From Vicugna vicugna (Eukaryota): DNA of 64,000 nt. The stretch is taken from assembly GCA_013265495.1 (NCBI GenBank), contig MU058444.1, forward strand, positions 1,302,001 through 1,366,000. Direction: 5' to 3'. The first letter of the stretch is position 1. Each line of letters starts with the position of its first letter. A program made the translations under genes and the position numbers. The notes below the pieces were generated by a model. It was given only the letters and a program-made list of their open reading frames with translations, was not told where the DNA came from and ran no database searches. This document shows positions 37,672 to 51,260 of the stretch, one piece after another.

Positions 37672-38200
37672 AGTATTTTGATTTAACTGTCTATCGCCAT
37701 GTAACAAATCACCCCTAAACTTGGAGCCTTAAAACAATAAACATGTATTTGCCAATTTCTGTGGGTCAGGAATCTGGATGAGGCTTAGCTGAACGCCTCT
37801 GGCTCAAGGTCTTTCATGAATGAGTACAAATTATTCACTGGACCACAGTCACCTCAAAACATCACCAGCGCTAAGGATCCACTTCCAGCTCACTTGCACA
37901 GTTGCTGGCAGCTCTCTGTTCTTTTCCACGTAGGTCTCTCCACACACATGTCAGCCCCTCACCTACATGGCAACTGGTATCTCCCAGAGTGAATGATCAG
38001 AGTTGAGTGAGACCAAGTAAAAGCCATGGTCCTTTTAGAAGTTAAACTGAGAAGCGATATCCTATCACTTCTACCATATACAGTTCTTTGGAAGTGAGTT
38101 CATAGGTATAGACCATACTCAAGGGGAAGGGATTATATACAACAGTGAAAACAAGGAAACAGGAATCATACAGGGCTGCTTAGAAGCTGCCTACTACATG
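37672..38200 (-). mobile_element. MaLR LTR (MLT1F-like)
   Basis: tgtaacaaatcacccctaaactt...tttctgtgggtcaggaatctgg...ctctggctcaaggtct. Confidence 0.8.
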
Positions 38201-40349
38201 GTTTTGCATGTCTGTATTAAGAGGATAGACATGTATCTAAATCATTCAAGAAAATTTTCATTTTGCCTTCATGGGAAATGTTTTTTTTGATGTTTTTAGT
38301 ATGATTTTTGGAAGCAGACAATTATCTTTTTAAATAAAATCTGAAAAGTATAGTGGACAGTCAAGTTAAGTGATGTGATTTATTTCAAATAAGGGTGTGA
38401 CTGTGAAGTAAGAACACACTCCCTCATTAAGTCATTTATGTTTTCATTCATCACAGCAACCACAAAGTAATTTTCGAGTTTACACATTCTCTTAATTAGG
38501 CTGCTCCTTTATGTTGAAGACTGGGAGATGTTAGTCAGATTATAGTTGACTGGGGAAATATAAAATTTAGGAGGGGATCCCAGTCCAGAAATAAGTGGTG
38601 GCCCTCTCTTGATAATTTCACCAGCCCATGATCTGTCTGCTTCCCCCACACGACAACTCTGCAGCTGGAGAATCTGCTTCCTCATCCAAGGCTGGCTCCA
38701 AACACTTTCCTTTTGTTTGTGTTGGGAAATCCTCTTGAGCTTTTCACTGGAATTAAAACTTACTGAAAAGTCATCAGTCTCAAATCTCGGCTGTGGTGCA
38801 AAGGATTGTCATCTGAACTGATCTAGTTACATGAAGAAGCTGTAGAAATCATTGTTAAAAAAAAAAATCCTCCATGTAAAAATCCTCTCAAATTTCTCAA
38901 GTTGGAGCATTTCATTGAAATGTTTGTTTTCCTGAGCTCTAGGTTATATTTTATTATAAAGACTAAACAATATAATATAGCTACCATGAAGTTGGGCAAA
39001 TCGGTAAATTATTAGTTATGTAACTGAAAACTGCAGGGAGGGCCACGTGACTCCATAGTAACTATTGGAGAAGCTACTACACCCTTGACTAGAACATACA
39101 CTTATGAGAATGAAGGAAACCCTACGCACATAAATTCTTAGCCCCCAAGATTTCCCTCTACAGGAACACACTTTTATAAACCCTCTTCTCTGGTTCTAAG
39201 TACACGCCCCAGAGCCCCAATTGTATGCTAAAAAGTAATGAAACCTACATGGCCCAGCCGTGCAAATAATTTTTACAAATAGGGCCTTAAAATAGCATTA
39301 ACTAAGCTGTGTGATATGCCAGAAATAGGATCCCCTTTCCAGAATCAACCCACAGGGTCCTCAGTAGTAAGTTAACCCTCTTCATGGAAAACCAGATTTT
39401 TATCCACTCAGAGTATCAGAAATCAGTTACTGTACTTTGCGAAGTGCCTGAGTTATTAGGGAAGGCAGTTTTTCTAAGACCTTAAGCAAAAGCTGTTAAC
39501 ATTCTCTTTTCTCACTCGTTTTGCCATGTGAAAAGAAAAAAAAAAAAACCCTGCATGTTATTACATCTAATGTCACATGCTAAAGACTTGTAAAGATTAG
39601 AGTTTTTATTTTTTTATTATTGGAGATCAGGCCACAAATGATCATAAATTCATAGAAAGACTCATTCATTTTAAGTTAATATTTTCTTACTAACGAAGCA
39701 TGAAGGACTCACACAGACATTCTTTCCAAAGCAATAAAACAAATTATTTCTCTGAGTTATCATCTTCTACGTTTGATTTACACCAAAAGGAAACAAATCC
39801 TACTGCATCAGCAGCAGCCAGTTCAGAAAGCTGCACCAGTTCAACATTTCAAATTTGGGTAACATTCTCTGCTAAAGCTTCATGGAACACCCTTAGAAAG
39901 ACATGGCGGATGGACCAACAGACACTGCAGTTGAGTCTCTTTTATAACATTATACATGGAAGCCAAGAAACATTCACAATCTTTTTCAAACTTTGGACCT
40001 CTGTATATCACAGACTAGATTATAAAAATCATGAGCTGAATTTGTCCCACTTCTTAACTTTGAAGAGCGTTGTGACTTGTGTTTGAAGATGAGTATAAGA
40101 AGGTTCCAGTAGAGATGTTTCCAATTCTGGCTACCTGCTCAGACCACCACATACAAGAAGGTGGACTTGTCTAATCTTCAGAGTCCTTTTAATTTACTAA
40201 TCACAAAACAAGAGGGCACAACAAATCAGAAACTATCCCACAGTTATAAACAGTGTTTTTATTTCACTCAACATGGAAGGTACTTTTGAGTATCTTAGAA
40301 AATCTAATGAATACAATTAATTATATTAAAGAAAAAAGAAGTATTAATA

Positions 40350-40570
40350 ATTCTAAGCATAACTAAAATTGACTGAGCATTTACTATGTACCAGGCTTTA
40401 CAATTATGTTGATTCATCCTTTCACTAATTCTATGAGCTCGAAACTGATAGTACCCCCCTCACTTTATAGATACGACGCATGGATGCAGAGAAGTTAAGT
40501 AACTTGCCCAAGATTCTCAGTTATTAAGTAACAAGGGAGGGTACAACACAGGCTCTTTTCACTTCAACAG
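40350..40570 (-). mobile_element. MIR SINE
   Basis: ctgagcatttactatgtaccagg...cagagaagttaagtaacttgcccaaga. Confidence 0.8.
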
Positions 40571-41099
40571 TTAGGACATAAGTACTTCAGGGGGCAAGAA
40601 TCCAGAGTGCATGTCTTGTTTGTTTGGTTTATAGCACAGTACAATAGTGTCGTATATTGTAACATATGACATGTGAATTCTAAGTGTGATGGTACCAGTG
40701 TCCACATAATGGGTTTCTTACCTACCTATGTTCCGTGCCACAATAAAAGCACTTAAAAACACCAGTTAATTTCCTTAAACCTTCTAGATGTATAAAACAC
40801 ACGAGCACTTTAACCAGCAAAATTGATTACACGTTCTTAGTAAATAAAGCAGAATCAGTTTCTTTCGTCTCATACAATACACTCTAAATGCAGTAGACAT
40901 TTGTCACGTTTCCTGGTTGCCCAGCACATTTCAAACTCCCTGAGGATCCTCGAGGGATTTTCCTCCATGAGGTAGAACCCACGGGACTCACTTCTGCAGC
41001 CTTTCAGTGTTAAAAACACAGGCACGGGACTTGATTTGCACACATTGGCATGTGACATAATGTTCTTAAACTATACTCACCTGTGAGAGGTGTGGATTT

Positions 41100-42362
41100 A
41101 GAAGGGAGTGGCCTGAGAAAAAAAGATACTGGAGGTTAAGAAGAATACTGGTTTAGGGTCTGGATTTGGGATTGACTTCCTACTGATGGTAGGAGCCATT
41201 GTGGAAAATCTGAGTTTCTGGTAAGTGCCCTGGTGGTATGACCGCTGGTCCCCGATCAAGCAGGTTCTATGACAGGGTTCGCAGCACTGTTCCCAGAGCA
41301 TGGCCTCTAGCCTGATTCTTGAACACTCCCAACCATTTGTATGTTATCCAATAACCTTATATAAAAAAAAAAAAGCCAGAGTCAGCTTCTGTTGCTCATG
41401 TTTGAGAACCCCAAGTTGGGAGTTCTGATTCTGGATATGATGGGAGGAAACACACACCACCCTGTCTCTCCCTGAGCACAGGTTAAACACGCCACACTTG
41501 GAGGGCTCTGAAAAGTGGATGAATCAGGTGGGCAGAGGAAACAAATGCACCGGAATGCAAAGTATCACCCAACCTTTGATGACTTGACAATTGCTCTCCT
41601 TCTCTTTTGAACCAGGTAGAGACCACCTGGATTCTTGGTCTACACAACCACAAGGTAATAAGTGAAAGCTGACTTAAATGGTGAATTTTGTGGTAATTTG
41701 TTATGAGCAACAGAAAAGTAATCCAATTGTAACCAAGGGCCCTATTGTCATCAGTGACCATGTGGTATTTGTAATTGCTTGATTGAATAATAGTTTAAAG
41801 GGTTTTTCTTGTGCTTTTGCTGACCAGGATCAGGCTGGAGGGGAGGGGGTAGTTTGGGTGATCTGCCCATCTCCCTCCTTTTCTTCTCAACACCTCAAAA
41901 ATGGCAGTTGGGTGTTTTATGCATCTTGTTGTTCATTACTCACCTAACTAAACATATCTGCAGTTATTTTTAGTTCCTTGTGGTTTCTTTGTGTTCTGTT
42001 GTCTGAGGTGCAGGTCCCAGCCTTCAGCAAGAGATCTCAGACTTCAGGCTCCCTAAAATGCTAGAAGAATTCATCAACCTGACTTTAAACTGCACCAGTT
42101 TTTGTCCAGAGCTCTTTTCTATGGACCCCCACCCTAAGCACCCTTTGTTCTAGACACAAGAATCAGAAAAGTTCCAAAGCTGGAGGTGAGCTTCATACTT
42201 ATCAGAGGGAAAGGAATCATTGCATCTGCAAAAACAAGAACAACTCTGTATGTGATCTCTCTGGAACCAGCAACACCCCTTGAATGTTTACTATAAAACC
42301 CCCTACTCTCTTTCCCTGGCAGGCTCATAGTCTTGGAAGCATTAGCCCACTGTGACCCAGAG
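41100..42362. mobile_element. Cluster of LTR fragments (ERVL-like ~41100-41415, MLT1 3' end ~41570-41726, ERV1-like ~41750-42362)
   Basis: agccagagtcagcttctgttgct...gaaccc; ttgtggtaatttgttatgagcaacagaaaag; ctataaaacccc...gcattagcccactgtgaccc. Confidence 0.55.
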
Positions 42363-43149
42363 AAGTATTTCTGCATGCTAAACATAAAATGACTGATTTT
42401 TTCCATAAGCATTATTTGATTATAAGTGCATGTTACACATTAACTTGGAAAACTTTTAGGTACACAATATTGGAATTTTTTTTAAGTTTTGCAGAACTAA
42501 AATTTCCAATTTTCTCAACTGAGAGCCATCACTGACAACTCAGTTTAGCACTGGATGACCCTAACAGCTCTTCCTCAGAAGATCTAGAAAAAGGTATCTT
42601 AGCAGGGTTGGCTTCAAGGCCCCCACTGATGTAAATACTAATATGCAAACTTCCCAGGGAGTCACTGTCCAATTATAAGGTGTTTCTCATGCCAACAAGA
42701 TTTTAAAGTCAATTTGAAAGTCCAGATTTTTCCAGCCCGGGTGGGGGAGGCTCAGCCTCCTCACAGCTCCTGTATAATATCAAAGGAAGCAGGAAATTGG
42801 TCCCTCTATAGTAGGGAATCCAGCTATTCTCAGCCTAAGTGCATTGTCTAGAAACAAAGCAGACATACTGTGCAGAGCCGTGGGCATCCTGCCAGCCTCT
42901 GCCTGTGCGCTTCCCTGAGTTTGTATCTGTCGTTTTACATGGTGATTGTCCTCTCTCTGTGATCTGTAATTATCAAACTTAAAAACAAAACCAAAACTCC
43001 CCACATAAAGATAAATGATGCAAGGTGATCAAAAAAAAAAAAAGTAAACCAAGCCAGAGATAGTGTTTCAAGCTGCACAAGTGCAAAAAAAATAATTTGT
43101 GGGAAGATCGTAAACAACCACGAACAGGATAAGTAAGCAAATAAACAAT

Positions 43150-43668
43150 TGTAATGGGGAAGAACAAATCTGACTCCATATTAGATCCGTTCCTTTGTCT
43201 CTAACCCTGGGCTCTGTTTCCTGGGCTCAGCCACGCTGGTTCTGCACCTTTTGTAAAAGAATGTTGCCTAGAGCCTGAAATAGACAGGAGAGCCGTTCTC
43301 AAGGCTCTGACCTTTAAGGGTGTAACACTTTTCCATTCATACTGAGATAAAAAGTTACAGAACAAAGAATAACATTTGTCTTGTTGGAGGTTTCCAGGAA
43401 CATCATGTCCTGACCTAAGTGGACAACTGCAAGAACAAAGGATTTCCACACCAAGAAGTCTGCAACAACCACCCGGACCCTCTCCCCTTTTTAGTATAAA
43501 AGGAGCCTGAATTCTGGCTTGGGTGACAAACACACACAGGACATTTGTCTGCCATCTTCTCTGTCTTCTGGCTTTCCAAATATAGTCATTATTCCTCGCC
43601 CCAGCACCTCATCTCCCAATTTATTGGCCTGTCTTACAGGGGGCAGAATGAGCTTGGACTCAGTAACA
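43150..43668 (+). mobile_element. Solo ERV1-class LTR (MER41_BT/LTR39-like)
   Basis: TG...CA ends (tgtaatgggg...cagtaaca), tctgactccatatt 5' motif, TATA box tataaaag ~43495; near-TSD caat/caac. Confidence 0.85.
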
Positions 43669-43829
43669 CACAACCAAAATATACGATTAGAAAAAAATCA
43701 TGATGGAATATCCTCGAGGTCTCTTATGCTACAACTTAGATATGAGTAATGCATAGCAGAGAGCTCTATTTTGGTGATAATACCAAATAAGTACTGATAA
43801 GAATAAGAATAAGAATAAGAATTGCAGTG

Positions 43830-44060
43830 CTAGTATTAATACTTACTGCATGGTTACCGTGTGTCAGATATTTTACAAAGTATTTCAAATGTATTATCCC
43901 ATTTAATTCTCACAGCCACTGTGTGATATTGTGGTCAGCTTCAGTTCTGCCATTTTATAGATGAAGAGACTGAGGTTTAAAAATATTCACAACTTCCACA
44001 TGTATCAGAGAGGTAATAAATGCCAAAGGTAAAACTCAGACCCATCCACGCTCTTACCTA
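43830..44060 (-). mobile_element. MIR SINE
   Basis: catttaattctcacagc...ccattttatagatgaagagactgaggtttaa. Confidence 0.8.
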
Positions 44061-44749
44061 CTGAAATATGTATGTATGTACACACACACACACACACAAA
44101 CACACACATATTATATGTATACAGTTGACATCTATGAATACAAATACAAACAGAGTAAGAGGAGAACCAGAAGTCTGGGAGCAGGGAGGGAGCAAAGATT
44201 GCTTGACATGTTGCTAGCATTTTTCAGTGTTTGTAGATGAAAATGATGTGGATACAGATCACCAATAATGGATACCATTATTTTTATATATCCTGACTCC
44301 TACAAGGACTTTAGTGAATCAACGGGGTATACTTTCAGGGAAAGTGAGATAGTCCATGACTCGTTCTGACTTATATTTACAAGTGAGATACCTAACCTAA
44401 AATGGAATGAATGAAAAATAATTAGCTTGACCTAGGTCATGAGTAATAAGAATAACTAATTGAAACAAAACACACAGAAGTACTAAATCAAGAAACACAA
44501 TGAAAGAATCCCATGGAATCTGTAAATTGACTTTTCCGTTTTTATCACAATGGCATGAAATGCTATGCCTGTGAGCTCGGGAGGCAACCATGCCTTTGTG
44601 ATGAAGTGTGGTCCTTCTGAGGCTGCCCTTCCCAGTTTGGGCTCCACACACAGGCACAGCCATGGCGGTGTGACAATGAGATTGCATCCAGCGATTTTAG
44701 CAAGAATAATAGGACCTATGAGGAAAATTAGCGCTTGGGGTTTTCAAAT

Positions 44750-44890
44750 GAACTGAAAAAGAGAAAGTTAAGGAAAGGCTTATTATTATAAGAGGGTAAT
44801 GTCCAACAGCTGTTCTCTTTTTCCAGTGAACCAAGAGGAAGAGGAGACGGGCTTGAATTGCGGCAAGAAAAGAAATTTAGGTTTGACCTT
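44750..44890 (+). mobile_element. L3/CR1 3' fragment
   Basis: cagctgttctctttttccagtgaaccaaga...gggcttgaattgcggcaagaaaagaaatttaggtttgac. Confidence 0.55.
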
Positions 44891-45204
44891 TGTGGGGCTG
44901 ATATAATGACCCCATATTTTTTGAAAGTGAAAAAAACTAAAAAAAGAAGAAATCCATGGGTTAATGTTGGAGGATATTCTTAAACAATTTCATAAAAGAC
45001 AAAAATCCAGTCACTCCAACACATTCTCCAGGAAGGAAACAAAAACATTTAACTTGTGCCTAAGAAGTATTTTTTGTGGCATCACCAAAGGTAATATTTT
45101 TGATTAAATGAAAATTTCCATGTAAACGGAGGTGTCAGGGAGAACTTAGTCACTAGAATTAGTATAGAATGTACTAAAAACTATTTCCAGGGAGTTTCAA
45201 GGAT

Positions 45205-45310
45205 TAATTTTAATATGAAAATGAATGTGTGTATGTATGTGCATGACTGGGACCCTGTGCTGTACACCAGGAATTGACACATTGTAACACAATTTAAAAA
45301 AAAAAGAATA
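45205..45310 (+). mobile_element. Short L1 3' end (camelid-type)
   Basis: gcatgactgggaccctgtgctgtacaccaggaattgacacattgtaac followed by an A tail. Confidence 0.85.
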
Positions 45311-47070
45311 AATTTTATGTTTGCACAGAGGCAAATAAAAAAAACACAAACACATTTTTATCTGGCCTATTTTTATTGTTTGTGATTAGACTGATGCGAA
45401 CACTACTTGAAACCATTAAAAGAATTTTTTCCCTTCTTGGAATGAATTAGGAATCCTCTGAGGTGTCAGTGGAGCTGTTCTAACTAAGGGATCCAGGACT
45501 GTTTTGTTTTGTTTCGTTTTGTTTTTTCAGGCTGTAATGACCAGCTACCTTATTGTGATTCCTGGAATCCTAGGTTCCTAAGGCATTTGGAAGAGCAACA
45601 ATATGAAACAACAAGCAATAAACAAATTTAGACAGGAAACATACATAGTGACGGTCTCTGGGCCTGTCTCCTGTCATTTTTTTTTTTTTGAAATCTTTAA
45701 GACTCCTTAAATAGATCCAACCTGATTACAGCATCCTTTGTGTGTGCGTGTGCTCACTTTTATGATTTCCGAATATAAAATAAAATAGGAATGTTTCTAT
45801 TTTATTGCTCACTCAAGAATTGTTAGCTATGCAATTATTCCCATTTCCATATCAAAGACTCCAGCGCATTGAACTGCCACCCCTGGAATCAAGAATGGGA
45901 TGTTTGTACCACCTTCAGCCAATTCTGCCTAAAGGTTGGTCTTCTGTGTTTAATTACTTCTCCATATTTAAGGCATATGCTTTTTTGAGAAGGCCCTACA
46001 TATTTTTAGAATTTCATCACTCAAGGCCACAGCTGGTTAACACTAAACACCACTCATTTCCAAACTTTTAATGACCATCAAAGTACAATTCTGCACATCA
46101 GAGAAATGACAGTCTTGCGCTCAGTTGATGAGCAACATAAAAACAGGCAAAGATAAACGAAATACCAAGCTGTGACATCTTCGCTACTGGGGAGTGCTGG
46201 CAAGAGAGGGGAGAAGCAACTGCTCCTTCAGGTCTCTTCTTGTCTTCTTTTTTTTTATGAGAAAAGCAAAGCAGGGTGAATATTCAGACAGACGCCTTCC
46301 AAAATTTCAACACATCACTAAAAATCCTTGAGGGCTAAGTTCACTTAAATAGCCTTGCACCGAGCAAGCGCTGCTGGTGAGAGGGTAGCCCGCGTGGCTG
46401 CCTGCTCCTCACCCCGCTCCATGGCCCATTTCCAAATATTTCCCTCACTCACTACGCACATTTGCCTCCACTTAATAACCTCAGTGCAGGGACCCTATGG
46501 GGAAACTGATCTTTCCAGCACCTGAAACATCCCGGGTCGTAGCAATCCTCCTGCACCCTCTCTCAAAACATGTTTGAAGCAAATGCTGCGCACTTCAATT
46601 CTCCAGTTCGCAACATGTTTCGGTGAGTTGCTCACTGTTTTTATGCAAGAACCAAACAGGAATGCTGCTTGCTTTTCAGGATAGAAATCGTTTCTTAACA
46701 ACGGAAATATAGAAACAATTCAAACTGCCGATCTCGAATGAAATTAAGTTCGTAAGAGATGGTTCCCATATGCAGGGAAAATGCTGTGCCTGTGTTTGTA
46801 TTTCCTTGGCACTTGGGGCCTACTTATTACTTCATGCACTTGGACTCAGCAAAAGTCAGCACATAGTTACAATAGTGGAGTGAGGTGGGACTGTGGTAGA
46901 TGTAGCCTGAGTGTTAGCAAATGTCATCTAATTGTTACCTTCTAGGCTTTATCAAGCCCAGATAACAGAAAAATTCGATGATACGACTTTCCAAAACACG
47001 TCCCATGTAATACTCGTACAAGCTGAAATATGCCATGAAGAGAAATTTACTCGGTTAAAACTCACACATC

Positions 47071-47233
47071 GGAGGGGCGGGTCTAGCTCAGTGGTACAGT
47101 GCCTGCCTAGCACGCACAGGGTCCTGGGTTCAAGCCACAGGACCTCCAGTAAAATAAATAAATAAACAGACCTAATTACCTCCCCCTTCCAAAAAACAAT
47201 TGAAAAAACAAAAACAAACAAACAAAAAAACAC
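47071..47233 (+). mobile_element. tRNA-Ala-derived SINE (Vic-1 type)
   Basis: ggtctagctcagtggtacagtgcctgcctagcacgcacagggtcctgggttcaagcc...acctaattacctcccc followed by an A-rich tail; TSD ctcacacat at 47061-47069 and 47234-47242. Confidence 0.93.
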
Positions 47234-48477
47234 CTCACACATTTAAACCAAAGATGGTTTTTTCTTACAATACTAAAAACTGCTTAGCACATATGGGCTG
47301 CTATCTTAGAGTCAAAAAGAATTTCTGAAATTTTTCTGATTGGGGATTCCATACAGTACTTCTGCAACTAAAACTTGTCTTAAATGTGTCCCAGAATGTG
47401 ACAGCCCTACTTTGATAACCCATTTGGTAACCCATCAAATGACCCCAGAGAGAGAGATTTATTCTGCCAAAGAACCTAATCATATCTCCTTACAGCTCAG
47501 TCCTTGAGAGTAATTGAGAGTAAGCAAGTTTCAAATGATAATGTCACAGAGGCAACGCTCTCTTTCCAAAGTCCATCCACATGCATACCATCTCATTTTC
47601 ACAGTTATACTATAAGGCGGTGACAGAAGGCATATATTCTGTGCATCTTGGCTGACTCGATGCCTCCATCTGTCATGTGTAAGGACTTAATATTCAGGTC
47701 TGACAATGATCACCATCATTGATGATGATGAAGACAACCAGCAGGCACTCAGGGACACTGTCCTTGCACCACAGACCAGATTCAGGGACACACTTCAGCC
47801 CCCTGACTTTTCCCACAATACCATGCTGAAAACACCTCCGTGGCATGTTAATAGCCAGAAAGCCACCACCTGTGAAGAATTATCAACCACTCTGGGCCAG
47901 GGCATCAGCTCACAGATGGAGGGTATTTTGAGATACAAGAGCTCTGACTGAGATAATATTAAGCAAGGATTTAAACATTTGGCAGGATCCAATATATTTA
48001 CTCCGGGAAGGTCATTCCTGGTCTGTCTTTGCCTTCCTCTTCTGAATCTTTTAACCTGATTCCTCACCTAAATTAAAAATGGAGATACAGCTGAAAAGAC
48101 TTTTGAATTGACTAGGCACAGGGAAGGGCCAATGGCACAAACTTTAGAGCCTCAACATATATTATTATACATACAAGAAAAACCGCAGGTGGAATGAAAG
48201 GAGACACAGGGGCTAAATGAAAAAATAAGTTACAAATGAATCTGATTTACGGTCTTATGGGGACCAACCTACATGCAACGGCTGGAAGTGCGGTCATGGT
48301 AAACAGATCTGTGTTGTTAAGTGTCGAGCCTGTGAAATCTGACCTGCCTGGTGATACTGAACAAAAAAGAAAAGAAGCTGCAGAAAGAATGTGGTGGTTT
48401 TTCTGGGATGCTATCTCATTCACTGTCATTTAGTTTAAACAAAAACCAAAACCTACCTAGTTTCACCATCTCCAGGT

Positions 48478-48722
48478 CACTAACCACTATGTATAAAATA
48501 GATAAACAGCAAGGCCCTACTGTACAGCACAGGGAACAATATTCAACATCTTGTAATAGCTTATAATGAAAAAGAACATGAAAAGGAATATACATATGTG
48601 TATGCATATGACTGAATCACTATGCTGTACACCAGAAATTAACATCACATGGTAAACTGACTATACTTCAATGTAAAATTTTTTGAAAAATAAAAGAAAA
48701 AATTAAAGTGGAAAAAGAAAAA
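48478..48722 (+). mobile_element. L1 3' end (cetartiodactyl-type)
   Basis: tataaaatagataaacagcaaggccctactgtacagcacagggaac...ctgactatacttcaat. Confidence 0.92.
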
Positions 48723-50499
48723 AGAGTCTTAGTTTTATACAATTTAGAAAAACAATCATCTCATTGACTTTCAACGTGTTATTGCCGTTAGAAGGTACAA
48801 GTCTGAGAAGAGACACAAGGCTTTGATAGAATTCTCTGTATTAACAAGTTAGAAAGAAATGGGGGAGGGGGGAGGAGAAAAGGAAGAGAGGGGACAGATC
48901 CTCAATACTAAGAATCACCAAATATTTATTAGTATTTTCTACGGTAAGTTGGATGCTGCTTCTCCTGTTAATACGCAGGCGCTCAGTGCTCACACATGCA
49001 TCTCACTCCCTGGACCCGGATGCCCGTGTGTTCTCTACAGCCCTGCTCGTGGAACCCTGAGGGGCACAGGGCCAGGTGGGCATCCAGTGAACACACAGGC
49101 CCTGGTTTAAGGGGACCAGGCTGCCAGGAGATGCTTGTGTTGGGCCAGACATCACAGGTAAGCAGTGCGGCTTCAGGAAACCCACACGAGCTTACCTGAA
49201 GGTCCTGACAGCACCTGCCTTCCTTCGCACAATCGATTGTAATAAAGAGGTTAAAGAGTTCCCCTAACTAAACTTTTTGAGAAAAAATGCCCTGCTGCCT
49301 GAAATCCAACCTGGAGCTCGGGCCTCACACGGAAGGCAAACCACGAAATGAGTCTCTGCTCGTCAAGAATGGGTTTTAGCTCCATGAACTGTCTCCCTTC
49401 CAGTCCATCAACTGCACTGCCAACAGTGATTTTGCTTAAATATCCCATTTCTAAGGTTCCCCTCCTGCCCAATGAAACTTTCAGTGCTTTCTACCGCTTT
49501 AGAAAAACGGCACATTTTCATTAAAGCGACTCAAGATTTGGAACTAAGCATGCGTTCTAACTGACTCTTTGACACAAATCTCTTGACTACTCTGTTTTAT
49601 TGTCTCCAACTCTAAAATAAGAATGTGCAATTCAGTCGAAAGAAATTTAGAAGAAACTATATAATTACTTTTTTTGTCAAAATGATTATTTGGTAAGAAA
49701 TGAATAAAGTCACTTTTTTTTAAATCACAAACTAGTTACTTTGAAGCATCACAGAGAAGTTTTATAATCTCTTTTGGCTTTATGTTCAGATTTTTTTGTT
49801 GACTTTGAAGGATTTTACACTTGTTTGATTTTTTTTTCAATTTCATTTTCATTCAAATATGATCATTTATAAATCAACATGTGTATTATATAGAAGAGTA
49901 CTCAAATACAAACTCAATAGCAATAAAATGAAAGTTTATACATTTTAAAAATATTAGCTCACTATCAGAGTGGGTACAATAGATGGTAAAATAGGAAGAA
50001 GAAAGGAGGGGTTGGATAAGATAATCCTTCCAAATAACAGATGCTTTACTATCATTTAATTTTTTATTATTTCGGTTATTGACTCCACTCAATGACTCTA
50101 GCTGCTGACCAAATTACTAAAATATAAAATAAAACAAAATATCACAGTTCAATCATAACTATTAGAAAATTGGCAAATACAAGAAAAAAATTAAAATGTT
50201 ACACAGCTGTTCATACAAAGTCAACCAACTTTTAAATACTTGCAAATATATTTCTATGTATATATAAACATAAAATTTATAAAATGAAAAGTCTCAGGTA
50301 CTTGGCTAAATATTTTACTTATGTATCTAAGTAAGCGTGTGTATGTGTGTGTGTGTGTGTGTGTAGTAATATCTTACTGTGGGATTACTGATTTTCACAC
50401 ACGTCTCTCTTTTGTTTGCATCTTAAAGTGAAAACTGAGGTCATTAATTGGAGAACCTTAGTACAATAAATGTTCCTTTTTATATTTCTCTCCTTTTTA

Positions 50500-51260
50500 A
50501 GGCAGCATTCCACAAATCATGATATCTTGTGTTTTCACTTTTTCTAGACAAAAATAATTTCAAATTTTTCTTTCCACTTCTTATTTGACATGTCAGCTCT
50601 TTAGTAGTACATTATTTAATTTCCTCATATTAAGACATTTTCCAGATGTCTTTCTAAGTTCATCTCTTCTAATGTATTTCTAATTTAATTCCATCATGGT
50701 CAGACCATGTTGGTTCATACATTTTACCTTATTCATATAATTCTGTATTATATTGCTATTGTTTTTGTTTAAACAATCAGTTACCTTTCAAGAGATTTAA
50801 TTTTTTAAATTCTTGTATATTTACCCATGTGGCAATCCTGTCTGGGAACTTTAATCCCTTTGTGTACATCTGCATTTTTATCTGGGGTCATTTTCCTTCT
50901 CTCTGGAGAATTTTGTTTAACGTTGCATGTAATGTGAACCTGCTGACAATAAATTCTTTCAGCTTTTAGATTTCAAAAGAGTCTTTGTTTCACCTTTGAA
51001 AGATATTTTAGCTGGGTATAAATTTCTGGGTTTCTACATCCTGCATCATGACTTGGAAATTCTCTCAAGACAATATTCTGGACAAATCATAGGACTTGCC
51101 TCGTTTGTGTCCTAGAGCTCAGAGATCACTCTCTTTCTTTGATGGCCACTGTCTTAAAAAAAAAAACAAAAACATTGTTTCATACGTTTCATCTGTTTTT
51201 GGCTATTTTAGATTGGAGCATAAATGCCATCCTTATTCCATCTTGGCTGGAAGTAGGCGT
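50500..51260 (-). mobile_element. Old L1M fragments
   Basis: ttctaatttaattccatcatggtcaga; ctgctgacaataaattctttcagcttt...gaaagatattttagctgggtataaatttctgg. Confidence 0.65.
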
